NCBI GenBank assembly: GCA_034439715.1 | Contig: JAWXAY010000073.1 | Location: forward strand, 1 to 39,854 | DNA from: Pseudomonadota bacterium | GTDB taxonomy: Bacteria > Bdellovibrionota > Bdellovibrionia > Bdellovibrionales > SG-bin7 | Direction of reading: 5' to 3' | DNA length: 39,854 nucleotides | Shown: in pieces, positions 9,871-18,840 of the stretch | Layout: each line of letters starts with the position of its first letter | How positions within the stretch are numbered: position 1 is the stretch's first letter | Position numbers and translations under genes: made by a program | Notes under the pieces: generated by a model | What the model saw: only the letters and a program-made list of their open reading frames with translations | The model's database searches: none | What the model was told of the DNA's origin: nothing

Positions 9871-10731
9871 ATGTTGATGTTGTACGTAAGAAAGCTCAAT
9901 CAATATTGGCTCTCATCCGCCACTTCACTGCTGGCGATCTCATTTCTATTTTTAGCTGGATGTCTTGAAAATAAAGGCACCGAAGAACTGGCCGATAATT
10001 CTTTTGGTCTTTTGATTTATTCTGTCAGCGGCGGCGATCAATTTTCAGATCCTGTCGAGTTATTTCCTGATCCCATAAAAGTTCGCGTTACAGATAATAA
10101 AGGGACCGGTGTAGTCGGAATCACTGTTCAGTTTTTTCAAGTTACCAGCCTAGACGCTCAAGTCATTAACGGCGAAGTTAAGACCGACGAAAATGGCTAT
10201 GCCTCAACAAAAATAAGAGCTCCTGGAGATGTCGGCGCCACAGTCAAAATACGAGCTCGAATCAATGACTCCAACGTCGGGACGAACTTTAACCTATACA
10301 CAAAAGTTCCAACCGATGGAGTTAAGTTTACGCTAAAATCTACTAACGACAATAGCGAAACCGCCGGCGTCGCATTCGGCTTTGAGGTCAAAATCTTAAC
10401 TCTAGAAAATACCGTGTCAAATTATTCTGGTACAATGCCGCTACAGTGGAATTTTTTTACTGATAGTAGCTGGGGCAATGTCGCTCCTACCCTCATGGCA
10501 AATGTTTACAATTGCAATTTTGTAAATGGCGTGTGCAATGTTCCGGCGCTTACGACTCTAACCGATGCTAGCAAGATCACAACTGTGTTTATGGGCGACG
10601 GCGACGGCGGGCTCGCAGACGTCTTTGCTCACGCCATTACGGTGAATGTGAATGTTGCCAGTAAAATGGTTATTATGGATAGCTTAGGTGGTCCCGGGGC
10701 TGGGGCCTTGTCATATTTTTTCTGGAGATAA
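9871..10731 (+). CDS. Lipoprotein with Ig-like (Big_1/invasin-like) domain, apparently C-terminally truncated
   Basis: Lipobox FLAGC; VSGGDQ..PIKVRVTDNKGTGVVGITVQF..TDENGYA Ig-like pattern; the last residues are read from the antisense strand of the neighbouring gene. Confidence 0.7.
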   Translation: MLMLYVRKLNQYWLSSATSLLAISFLFLAGCLENKGTEELADNSFGLLIYSVSGGDQFSDPVELFPDPIKVRVTDNKGTGVVGITVQFFQVTSLDAQVINGEVKTDENGYASTKIRAPGDVGATVKIRARINDSNVGTNFNLYTKVPTDGVKFTLKSTNDNSETAGVAFGFEVKILTLENTVSNYSGTMPLQWNFFTDSSWGNVAPTLMANVYNCNFVNGVCNVPALTTLTDASKITTVFMGDGDGGLADVFAHAITVNVNVASKMVIMDSLGGPGAGALSYFFWR

Positions 10732-11231
10732 AAAATGCCGCCTTGAAGCTCATAAATGGCGGCTAAGTGGGGCTCCAGTAGTTGCAATTCTTGAAGGAGC
10801 ACTAATGCCTCTTCAAATCTTTTTACCCTTGCCAAACGCTGACTTTCAAATAGAAGATCTATGGTGCGATTCAAAGCAGACTGATTGCTGCTGTCGCTTT
10901 GTTTTTCACCAAAAGGCGCCAATTTGATATTCATTCTTAAATCTGTGGCCGCGGTCCATTCGGTGACATATATTTTTTCGTCATTGTAACCTAGCTTCTT
11001 CATCTCGACAATAAAGGGGCCTTTAAGTTTCGGCATCCTTCGGGTCAGTTCGGCCTCAGAGAGATCAATTGGGGTTTTTCCAAGAGGCTCCCCTTGTGTC
11101 TCGTTCACTGCCCTAATAAATACTTCGGCCTCGCTCGGTGAACTCTGCATCGACAATCTACCCGAAGCACAGCCCTGGCTAAACAACATGATTATTAGTA
11201 TTACTAGGGTCTTGGGACTTCCCACTTCCAT
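10629..11231 (-). CDS. PEGA-like domain + TPR lipoprotein, apparently C-terminally truncated
   Basis: Lipobox SQGC; SSPSEAEVF..LGKTP..KKLGY PEGA-like pattern; TPR-like AAIYELQGGIFYLQKKYDKA breaks off mid-repeat. Confidence 0.72.
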   Translation of the reverse strand: MEVGSPKTLVILIIMLFSQGCASGRLSMQSSPSEAEVFIRAVNETQGEPLGKTPIDLSEAELTRRMPKLKGPFIVEMKKLGYNDEKIYVTEWTAATDLRMNIKLAPFGEKQSDSSNQSALNRTIDLLFESQRLARVKRFEEALVLLQELQLLEPHLAAIYELQGGIFYLQKKYDKAPAPGPPKLSIITILLATFTFTVMA

Positions 11232-11238
11232 AGACGTT

Positions 11239-11265
11239 TTTTCGGAATATAAAAATAAAAGCTAA
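11239..11265 (-). promoter_or_regulatory. sigma28-like promoter
   Basis: Minus strand TTAG-N15-TCCGAAAA, 7 nt upstream of ATG 11231. Confidence 0.45.
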
Positions 11266-11275
11266 AGGCTTAAGA

Positions 11276-12151
11276 TCAATTAACTTTTTGAAAATTCCAA
11301 AGTTTAGCAATACCTAAACGGAGGACCTGCGATTCAAACCAAAGACCATCTAATTTAAAGTATTGCTCGTGATAGCCAATTCGGTTTTTTTTACCCGAAG
11401 CCATGCCGAGCTCCAGCCCGCTATTAGGTGAGTCTAGATCTACGACTTCAGGATCCAAGAAGTGGTCAATTTCAACTGTGCAATAAGCCCCCAGCCACTC
11501 TTCAATCGCATTAGAAAATGCATTGCTGGCAGGGCTGTCATTCATGACCCATCCCTGCTCCAGAGACCTAAAAGTTAACGCCTTTTCAAAGTTCACGAAA
11601 CTAAGGCTCTCAAGCCTCTCTTTACAAATGGCCAGCTGATGTTTTTCAAAGGCGAACTGGCCTTCGATAAAAAACAAAAATTCTTCTCTGGTCAGAATGG
11701 CCCCCCGACCTAACCTTGATCCATCTTCCCAGCGAAAGAAATGTCCATCCCAAGCGCCAATCCACTGCTTACCATCAGTAAAGGTCAGTTGAATTTCGAC
11801 AATTGGCCGATCCGTAGCTGCAATTTTTTCCCTATCTACAAAAGCCAGCATTAAAAGACGTTCTTGAATTTGCCAGGGATTGACATCTGGCAACCAAGGT
11901 TTACGAACATTATCTCTGTGAAAAGTAAAGTTTTTACCACTCACCTTCCAAGTGAAATCACTCACAGTGTCTGGGTGAAAACTTGCAGTCGCTTTAGGGG
12001 CTCTTGGGGTCGCATTAGACAATTCCTGCATGAGAGCCGAATAGGCTAATGCAGGAGCTAGCCTATGGCCCGATCGCTTTTGAAAATACACGAATAAAAA
12101 GCCCACCAGAACAATACCTAATACCAACAAAATAACCACTTTTTTTTTCAT
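11276..12151 (-). CDS. Membrane-anchored hypothetical protein (weakly DUF4340-like)
   Basis: 291-aa ORF with MKKK + N-terminal TM anchor; family call is tentative. Confidence 0.6.
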   Translation of the reverse strand: MKKKVVILLVLGIVLVGFLFVYFQKRSGHRLAPALAYSALMQELSNATPRAPKATASFHPDTVSDFTWKVSGKNFTFHRDNVRKPWLPDVNPWQIQERLLMLAFVDREKIAATDRPIVEIQLTFTDGKQWIGAWDGHFFRWEDGSRLGRGAILTREEFLFFIEGQFAFEKHQLAICKERLESLSFVNFEKALTFRSLEQGWVMNDSPASNAFSNAIEEWLGAYCTVEIDHFLDPEVVDLDSPNSGLELGMASGKKNRIGYHEQYFKLDGLWFESQVLRLGIAKLWNFQKVN

Positions 12152-12232
12152 ATATCTCTTGAGCTTAATTTTAATTCAAACCAAAAACAAGAGATACCTA
12201 TTCTCACAACCTCTTGATAAGATAAAGGTCAG

Positions 12233-14077
12233 ATGAAACTTTCTATTCGCATCAAATTTTTGCTGCTGTTTACTGCCGTGCCGACAGTTGCAATATTGCT
12301 TTATATGTTTTTTGTTTCAAAGCTATTTGTCGACGACAAATTGGCCTATATTTTCGACAGCAGCTTGACCCATGTCAGATCCACCCAAATGCAAATCCAG
12401 TCGGAACTTGAAGGGGCCCAAGAAAACTTACGAAAACTTTTTTTGGAATCTCATTCAGAAAAAATGACCTTGTCTAGCTTGGGGCATTCATTATTCCAAC
12501 AAAATCCTGATATTCAGTTCTTTAGTATTTACGAAAAGTCGCAGTCAAAACCACAACAGATCAAAGCTCTTTTCACAATAACAAAGTCAAATAACCTCAA
12601 AGAAGAGGTTTTAAAAACAATTGGTAGTGATCAAGCCCCCTCAGCCAAAGACCCTGTTACCCTGTACTTGTCAACAACGAGATCCGATCTTCTTTTTTTG
12701 GAGATCACTAGAACTCATCTCGTAAAACAAGACGTGCCCGACGACAGCGCCAATCAACAAATTATAGTATTGGGATTTCCAAGCCAGAATTTTCTAAAAA
12801 TTTTCAGAAAAAATTCTTTTTTTAGTACTTACTTAGTTAGTAATTCGGGACTGACTCTTTTGGGGAACTTAGAGACAGGTTCTTTAAAATTTGTCGATTG
12901 GCCTTTTTTTTCTAAAATAGATTTTAATTTGACTCCTGAAGGAGTAATGGAGGCCAGCTCGCCCAGTGGTGAACCTTTCATAGTCTCTTTTTTTCGTGAT
13001 GAAATGAGTCAACTCATTACTTTATCTCTAGTTGAAAAAAATCGGGTCATGGCGGGCGCAAGTATCCTCTATCAAAAGTCATGGGTCTACATTGCGGCGA
13101 TCCTGGCAATTTGTGTAATTATTGGGGTTCTTACTGGGCACCAGCTAACTTATCCTATAAAAATTATGGATCAAGCAGCCAAAGAAATTGTTAAGGGTAA
13201 CTTCGATTTACGTTTACACATCAATACGGGTGACGAACTACAGAGGCTGTCGGAAAGCTTTAATCAAATGGCACAAGAAGTTTTGATCCGTATTAAATTA
13301 GAAAAAGAAAAAGCACGCGTGGACAAAGAACTCGAGACTGTACAATATGTACAAAAAGTCCTGTTTCCCAAATTCGATACTAGTTTTGGAAGCCTGCGAA
13401 TTGCTGGATTTTATGAAACCGCCGTCGAGTGTGGGGGAGACTGGTGGTATTATAGTGAAATAGGAGATCTGGTGTATCTTTGGATTGGCGATGCCACCGG
13501 ACATGGAATGGGACCCGCTTTTATTACAGCAGCGGCCCGCTCGGCGGCCTCTGTCATCGAAGTAATTCCTAATATCTCTCCGGCCAAGATTTTGGCATAC
13601 CTCAATCGATCCATTTATGAATTCTCACGCGGCGAAATTATGATGACTTTTTTTGTAGCGGCAATTAATAAAAAAACAGGTCAAATGACCTATGCCAATG
13701 CCAGCCACGAATCACCATTTATTATCACGAGTCCCAAAGGACTCGTTAAGAGAGATCAGTTTGAAGTTTTGGAAGGACCCAATAGTCCTCGTTTGGGCGA
13801 ATCTCTAAAGTCTGAATATAAGGAGTCTAACATAACCTTAAATAAGGATTCGGTCTTGGTGCTGTTTACGGACGGAGTGATGGACATTAGTAATGCCGAA
13901 AAGAAAAATCTGAGAGAGCGTGGTTTTCTTAACTTACTCGCCAAGTCAATTTCTCACTACCAAAATCCCAAAAGTTCGATTTCAAGACTTCATAGTTTCT
14001 TTACCCAGTACCGAGATAAAACGCCATTGGCCGATGATGCTGCCGTGCTGATTTGTGATTTCTTTCCGCCCACGTAA
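12233..14077 (+). CDS. Membrane sensor with HAMP and SpoIIE/PP2C phosphatase domains
   Basis: Two TMs, HAMP (DELQRLSESFNQM), CGGDWW, IGDATGHG, FTDGV, DDAA. Confidence 0.92.
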   Translation: MKLSIRIKFLLLFTAVPTVAILLYMFFVSKLFVDDKLAYIFDSSLTHVRSTQMQIQSELEGAQENLRKLFLESHSEKMTLSSLGHSLFQQNPDIQFFSIYEKSQSKPQQIKALFTITKSNNLKEEVLKTIGSDQAPSAKDPVTLYLSTTRSDLLFLEITRTHLVKQDVPDDSANQQIIVLGFPSQNFLKIFRKNSFFSTYLVSNSGLTLLGNLETGSLKFVDWPFFSKIDFNLTPEGVMEASSPSGEPFIVSFFRDEMSQLITLSLVEKNRVMAGASILYQKSWVYIAAILAICVIIGVLTGHQLTYPIKIMDQAAKEIVKGNFDLRLHINTGDELQRLSESFNQMAQEVLIRIKLEKEKARVDKELETVQYVQKVLFPKFDTSFGSLRIAGFYETAVECGGDWWYYSEIGDLVYLWIGDATGHGMGPAFITAAARSAASVIEVIPNISPAKILAYLNRSIYEFSRGEIMMTFFVAAINKKTGQMTYANASHESPFIITSPKGLVKRDQFEVLEGPNSPRLGESLKSEYKESNITLNKDSVLVLFTDGVMDISNAEKKNLRERGFLNLLAKSISHYQNPKSSISRLHSFFTQYRDKTPLADDAAVLICDFFPPT

Positions 14078-14151
14078 TTTGGTAAACCAACCTGAATACG
14101 GTAAGAACACCAGTTATCTTGCTACGAAGTCCATTTCGCTAGATTAACAAG

Positions 14152-14238
14152 TGGTGCGCCAGAGTGGACTTGAACCACCATGCCCTTGCGGGCGCCAGCC
14201 CCTCAAGCTGGTGCGTCTGCCAATTTCGCCACTGGCGC
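14152..14238 (-). tRNA. tRNA-Leu(GAG)
   Basis: Reverse complement GCGCCAGTGGCGAAATTGGCAGACGCACCAGCTTGAGGGGCTGG...GGTTCAAGTCCACTCTGGCGCACCA; long variable arm; encoded CCA. Confidence 0.97.
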
Positions 14239-14423
14239 ACATTTTAGACCTTAATTGAGAATCTTAATATAAACATACAAGTATTTAATTTCAAATAATA
14301 ATTTGGATTGTCTAAAGTCAATGCAACTAAACCCTTACTGGCCTCGACCCGACAGCAATGGACAAATACCTACCCAAGGACACAATATTTATAAAAGTCT
14401 GCAGTTCACCAAAGGGGACTCAA

Positions 14424-14894
14424 ATGAAGAAAAAAGCCTTAGCCTTAATGATAGTGTTTTTTGCAAATGATGTTTTGGCGTCGGCCGGTGATGCGGGATG
14501 TGGTTTAGGCAGCCTAATAATTAGCAGAAACACCAAACTGTTTCAACTTTTTGCTGTTACCACGAACCACTCTTTTGGCAGTCAAACTTTGGGGATAACG
14601 TTTGGCACATCGAATTGTAACGCCTCTGGTTTAGTACAAAACGAAAGAGAAATCCGGCATTTTGCTGAGATCAATCATTCCGAACTTACCAAGGAAATGG
14701 CCCAAGGTGGGGGTGAGAAATTATTCACATTAGCTGCGCTATACGGCTGTAACTCGAGAGACAAACAGACGTTTGCTAAAATGACTCAAAGCTCTTTTGA
14801 TAACATCAATCCGACCGATGCTACTACCGCCAATGAATTAGTTAATAACTTAAATTTAAAGGTACAAGAAAACAGACTCTGCCAATCGTACTAA
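14424..14894 (+). CDS. DUF3015 family secreted protein
   Basis: AGCGLGS, TTN..SQTLGITFGTSNC, EMAQGGGEKL..YGC; RBS AAAGGGGA before ATG 14424. Confidence 0.88.
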   Translation: MKKKALALMIVFFANDVLASAGDAGCGLGSLIISRNTKLFQLFAVTTNHSFGSQTLGITFGTSNCNASGLVQNEREIRHFAEINHSELTKEMAQGGGEKLFTLAALYGCNSRDKQTFAKMTQSSFDNINPTDATTANELVNNLNLKVQENRLCQSY

Positions 14895-14968
14895 ATCGCA
14901 AAGACACCTAACCCAATTCAACTATCGCGTGGTCATATATATAAGGCCAGCCATGGAGGGTTGGAAAC

Positions 14969-15124
14969 ATGGATGTTTTAAGAGTTAAGAGTCAGTGTGA
15001 AGAACTAGAGTTGATCCTAGAGAGCCTGCGCAGGCCCCTCGACTTAAGGACTAAATCACTTTTGCTACAAAAATTTAGAGACCTATTGAGCCTTATAAAT
15101 AAAGAGATCGTCACAGATGAGTGA
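14969..15124 (+). CDS. Unannotated 51-aa small protein, amphipathic helical
   Basis: GGAGGG 8 nt before ATG; MDVLRVKSQCEELELILESLRRPLDLRTKSLLLQKFRDLLSLINKEIVTDE; below the ORF-track cut-off. Confidence 0.55.
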   Translation: MDVLRVKSQCEELELILESLRRPLDLRTKSLLLQKFRDLLSLINKEIVTDE

Positions 15125-15201
15125 CCTTTTACTAATAACCTTTTTCTGTTTGGGCTACGCTTTGACTTTAATTCTTTATTTAGGAATAGTTTCCGGAATT
15201 C

Positions 15202-15567
15202 TCAAGCGGCGTTGGCATACGCTTTCTGTGCCAATTCCTCGAGATCCTTATAAAAAACTTTAAATTCTTGCTGTAAAGTTGAGAGCTGAATGTCCAAACC
15301 ACCAGTTTTTTTCTCGCGTCCAGCGATTTCCAGTTGATGACTTGCCTCGCGTAGGGGCTCATAACCAAAATAACTGACGCTACCTTTTAATGTATGAGCG
15401 TGAAGTTCTAATTTTGCAAAGTCCTTATTAGCAACAGCCACCATTACATTATTTAAATATTCAGGTAGTTTTAATATGCAAATTGAGGTCAGTTCATTAA
15501 TAAGAACCCAGTCATTTTCAAAGTTTTCAAGAAGCTGTTTTTCGTTTATGACCATAACCCTCTCCAT
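15202..15567 (-). CDS. Stand-alone Hpt (histidine phosphotransfer) protein
   Basis: AHTLKGS motif; alternative start ATG 15555 has RBS GGAGAGG. Confidence 0.9.
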   Translation of the reverse strand: MERVMVINEKQLLENFENDWVLINELTSICILKLPEYLNNVMVAVANKDFAKLELHAHTLKGSVSYFGYEPLREASHQLEIAGREKKTGGLDIQLSTLQQEFKVFYKDLEELAQKAYANAA

Positions 15568-15572
15568 CTAAC

Positions 15573-15598
15573 TTATCGGTTGATTAGATTAAAGGTGA
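15573..15598 (-). promoter_or_regulatory. sigma28-like promoter for the Hpt gene
   Basis: Minus strand TCAC-N14-ACCGATAA, 5 nt upstream of ATG 15567. Confidence 0.5.
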
Positions 15599-16584
15599 AG
15601 TAAAACTGTGTACTCTTCTAAATGTTGGTCGGCAATAGTGCCATATCCTGAACCTGTAATAATTTTTGGTGTCTCATTACTAGATTGTTGGCTGATCTGA
15701 ATTTCCATATAAAATTCACCTTTGACCAACGACAAAGTATATTCTGACTTGAAGCTAAATTTGGCGTCGACGACATCTAATTTAAAATGGTATCCATCTT
15801 TTTTAAAGTCGCCCTCTTTCAGATGTTCCGCCATTGATTTTTGTAGCGGAGATAAAATTTTGGCCATAGTGACAGTTTTTTGATCGACCAAGTTTACTAC
15901 ACGATATAAGTAAGCTAAAAAACCTCTTTCTTTATTATCGAAAATTCGAATCAGAATATTATAACAAGAAGGATCAAAACATTTTGCATCGCCTGTGAAA
16001 CGCTCCCCTTTTAGCGCATTCAAATCGGATTTTTTAGGTTTCGGAGCCACCGGAAGTTGCTTCTTTTGCTTGTCTAAAAGTTGCTTCAGGTCGTCGTCTA
16101 ATATTTCTGCTTTTAGCTGTCCGATACCAGTTTTGGGGGTAATATCGCCCGTAAAATTCACTAAGTGTCTGCGTTTAGTTTCAGACCTATCACTAAAAAC
16201 TTTTACGGAAACTGCAAGGTGTGTATCGTCCTTCTTTTGAGTGCTAATTTCAACGTGTCCCATCAGCGCCTGCAGGGCCTGATTTTTCTGTTCAATTTTA
16301 TCATCTTTACTTTTAACAGAATTCTTGTACCCATCAATAGCTGCTCGGCTCATATCAAATGTGGATTGGTCAGGTGCCGATTTATTAAAATCGGAATCGG
16401 GTTTTTTCTTTTCGAGCTCCAGCCACCTATCTAAGCCAGCAGCGGCCTTTTGGTTACTACCACTAGGTCCGCCTTGTGGTGTCACACCCCTAGCCTTACG
16501 ATTCCGTGCGTTGCTCCCACATGCCGAAACTATAGTTGCCACAACCAATAAACCCAAAAAAGCTTTAAAAAATTTAACCGTCAT
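15589..16584 (-). CDS. Hypothetical lipoprotein
   Basis: Lipobox VSAC; RBS GGAGG; Lys-rich; CFDPSC pair. Confidence 0.8.
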   Translation of the reverse strand: MTVKFFKAFLGLLVVATIVSACGSNARNRKARGVTPQGGPSGSNQKAAAGLDRWLELEKKKPDSDFNKSAPDQSTFDMSRAAIDGYKNSVKSKDDKIEQKNQALQALMGHVEISTQKKDDTHLAVSVKVFSDRSETKRRHLVNFTGDITPKTGIGQLKAEILDDDLKQLLDKQKKQLPVAPKPKKSDLNALKGERFTGDAKCFDPSCYNILIRIFDNKERGFLAYLYRVVNLVDQKTVTMAKILSPLQKSMAEHLKEGDFKKDGYHFKLDVVDAKFSFKSEYTLSLVKGEFYMEIQISQQSSNETPKIITGSGYGTIADQHLEEYTVLLHL

Positions 16585-16616
16585 TTGGCCTCCGACTATA
16601 ATCCTTAGTACTGTTG

Positions 16617-16632
16617 TGCAAGACGTATACCT
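16617..16632 (-). promoter_or_regulatory. sigma54-like -24/-12 promoter
   Basis: Minus strand AGGTATACGTCTTGCA (GG-N10-GC), about 35 nt upstream of the lipoprotein start. Confidence 0.5.
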
Positions 16633-16663
16633 TGCAAATAAATGACATTTACCCCAGGAGCTT

Positions 16664-16685
16664 TATTAAGTGACTATTAAGTGAC
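16664..16685. repeat. Tandem 11-bp direct repeat
   Basis: TATTAAGTGAC x2 in the divergent promoter region. Confidence 0.85.
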
Positions 16686-16724
16686 TACGCATTAAATATA
16701 CACTGTAAAAATAGTTTTCACTAG

Positions 16725-16739
16725 GCCGGCAATTGTCAC
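16725..16739. repeat. Left copy of a 15-bp inverted repeat (partner at 17493-17507)
   Basis: GCCGGCAATTGTCAC; its reverse complement matches GTGACAATTGTCGGC at 14/15 positions. Confidence 0.7.
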
Positions 16740-16851
16740 TTTCGACGCAGCGTCTTTCTGTGCCTTGTGCCGTTTATGCAACTTTTCTGGGCTTGACGGG
16801 GCTATCTTCGATAGCGATGATTAACATCAGATTAATACAAGGAGGTTCTTA

Positions 16852-17409
16852 GTGATAAAAATAATGTCAATTTTAGCCCTAGTCTTAGGTGCCAACTTCA
16901 GCCAAGCAAATGTCGTAAACGCTTTGGCAATTCAACAAGCGCTGCTGCCATCTTTTACAACTCAATTAATATTTTGGGAAGTCGGACAAAAGATGGAACA
17001 TAAAATTTCTGTTATGAATCTAGAAGGCAGTATGGCCACGGAAGTTAAGAAAGAAACTGAAGTTGGCTATTGGTTAAATCAAGATGTCTCTATTGCCGGA
17101 CAAGAACAAAAAGTGCAAATGTTAATTAGCAAAGAAGACGGAACAATTTTAGAAATGATCGTGAATGGACAAAAACAAACTCCACCCGCAACTCCCGAGG
17201 TAGAAATCCTAGAGCAAAAAGAAGCGAACATCACAGTTCCTGCTGGAACATATGATTGTCTTTTTGTGAAAGTAAAAGATGTTGCAACTGAAAACATCTC
17301 TGAAGTTTGGATTAACCCCAAGTTGATTCCGATCAACGGAATGCTAAAAGCAATTCTTAGGCAACAAGGTTTAGAAGTCGCTGCTGAGCTAGTTTCTTTC
17401 AAGAAGTAA
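16852..17409 (+). CDS. Secreted beta-rich hypothetical protein with TVPAGTY motif (DUF3108-like)
   Basis: AAGGAGG + GTG; signal peptide ending SQA; ITVPAGTYDC..EVWIN. Confidence 0.75.
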   Translation: MIKIMSILALVLGANFSQANVVNALAIQQALLPSFTTQLIFWEVGQKMEHKISVMNLEGSMATEVKKETEVGYWLNQDVSIAGQEQKVQMLISKEDGTILEMIVNGQKQTPPATPEVEILEQKEANITVPAGTYDCLFVKVKDVATENISEVWINPKLIPINGMLKAILRQQGLEVAAELVSFKK

Positions 17410-17446
17410 TATTGTAAATTGCCCCCTCAATGGGAGCGATATGCAT

Positions 17447-17480
17447 AAAAACGCCACTTTAAAATAGTGGCGTTTTTTTT
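17447..17480 (+). terminator. Rho-independent terminator
   Basis: AAAAACGCCACT-TTAAAAT-AGTGGCGTTTTTTTT. Confidence 0.9.
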
Positions 17481-17492
17481 AAGGCTTCATCT

Positions 17493-17507
17493 GTGACAAT
17501 TGTCGGC
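17493..17507. repeat. Right copy of the 15-bp inverted repeat (partner at 16725-16739)
   Basis: GTGACAATTGTCGGC with palindromic core GACAATTGTC. Confidence 0.7.
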
Positions 17508-17566
17508 AGCCTGCCAACTTTATGCATTATAGATATATGCCCCCTCACTCTTGTTGCCTTTCACAT

Positions 17567-17582
17567 TGGCATACCCGTTGCA
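17567..17582 (+). promoter_or_regulatory. sigma54 -24/-12 promoter
   Basis: TGGCATACCCGTTGCA (TGGC...TTGC, GG-N10-GC), 37 nt upstream of ATG 17620. Confidence 0.7.
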
Positions 17583-17619
17583 AAGTTTACTCTGAAACTC
17601 AAACCATATTCGTGGGAGA

Positions 17620-18834
17620 ATGTTAGTGAACCACCTTCTTAATCTTAGAAAGATTGTTTTCTTTTTTGCCGGTCTCAGCTTTAATAGTGCCCAAGCTGAC
17701 CTCAGCTGCCCTCAGAGTTTTGTAGGTTCTAATGAAGTTAAAATCAGTGGTTTAAAGTTAGCAAACCCGATTCCTAAAGGCGAAGATATCTTTGCTGACA
17801 GTTGGGACGGAGTAGAATTTTACCCCGGATTGCGGGCATTACAACAGAGAGATCGCTTTATATCGGTTAAAGGCAATAAAGTCGAACTGGAAATTATTTC
17901 ACCAACAGGAAGCACTGAATTTGCACAAGCCCTAAGAGGAAGCGACCCCAACAAAATTCTTTTTACCGATTCCACACCTCAATTTAATTGGATTAGCATA
18001 TACAGCTTAGTAAAGAAAAGTTTTGTCTTAAGGAGTTTAACGATTGAGTTAAATGATACAGTTGCATTTCGAGCTGCTGATTTTCTGATTGTAGAAGGTA
18101 AAAAAGACGAAAAACAAATGGTCACTCACTTGAAACCTGGCTTTAGAATTTCACCGAAGGCCAAATACCTGTCAATCGCTGTACTTAATAAAAACAACAA
18201 ATTGTCTTTTAAAAAAATTGATATTTCAGAACACCTAACACTTGGAAGATCAGATTTGAGCGTCATACAAAATGGCCAAAACGCGTTTATTTTTAATTCG
18301 GAATTCAACTTATTTCAAGCGGTTGATTTACTGTCCAGCGCTCAGCCAAAGATAGATTACTCTTTTGTTGGAAATGTCCAAGCAGTTAATAAAACTGAAA
18401 GTGGCTATACTATTGTGGGCGATCATGGCGTTTCATTTCTTAATGCGAAGTTTGAAATAGATGCCTATCATCTTCATGAATTTTTAGCGAATCATAAATC
18501 CGATGTCTTGGGCAATCGCGCTGCCAATTTATTGGGTTTGGATTTGGTAAAGCCTCAGATAATTGTTTATGATAAAGAAGGCTCGATGCAAATCATTGAC
18601 TTACCCCTCCAACAGAGACGCTCGAACAGAGAAAGACAGGTTTTATTGGCCTCTGATAATCGCTTAATATTCAAGGCTGAAGACGAACTCATCATTTATA
18701 AAGGTGATGGTGAGATAGTTAGTCGGATTGCTTTGACTGATAAAGAAAAACAAGAGGGCTTATTGATCAGATTAGAACCCAACCGATTTATGATTTATGT
18801 TTCAGGCGGAAAATACCGAGTTATTAATCTCTAG
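17620..18834 (+). CDS. Secreted hypothetical protein, beta-rich (propeller-like C-terminus)
   Basis: Signal-like N-terminus ending AQA; repeated short beta-strand patterns. Confidence 0.7.
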   Translation: MLVNHLLNLRKIVFFFAGLSFNSAQADLSCPQSFVGSNEVKISGLKLANPIPKGEDIFADSWDGVEFYPGLRALQQRDRFISVKGNKVELEIISPTGSTEFAQALRGSDPNKILFTDSTPQFNWISIYSLVKKSFVLRSLTIELNDTVAFRAADFLIVEGKKDEKQMVTHLKPGFRISPKAKYLSIAVLNKNNKLSFKKIDISEHLTLGRSDLSVIQNGQNAFIFNSEFNLFQAVDLLSSAQPKIDYSFVGNVQAVNKTESGYTIVGDHGVSFLNAKFEIDAYHLHEFLANHKSDVLGNRAANLLGLDLVKPQIIVYDKEGSMQIIDLPLQQRRSNRERQVLLASDNRLIFKAEDELIIYKGDGEIVSRIALTDKEKQEGLLIRLEPNRFMIYVSGGKYRVINL

Positions 18835-18840
18835 GCCGAC

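Noticed and set aside
12140..12196. A9 run after the start of the 11276-12151 gene and a 9-bp inverted repeat (TATCTCTTG/CAAGAGATA) in the divergent promoter
   Set aside because: MKKK starts commonly give A-runs and the frame is intact; the short AT-rich inverted repeat may be chance
14152..14238. tRNA-Leu as an active integration site
   Set aside because: No integrase and no duplication of the tRNA 3' end in the window
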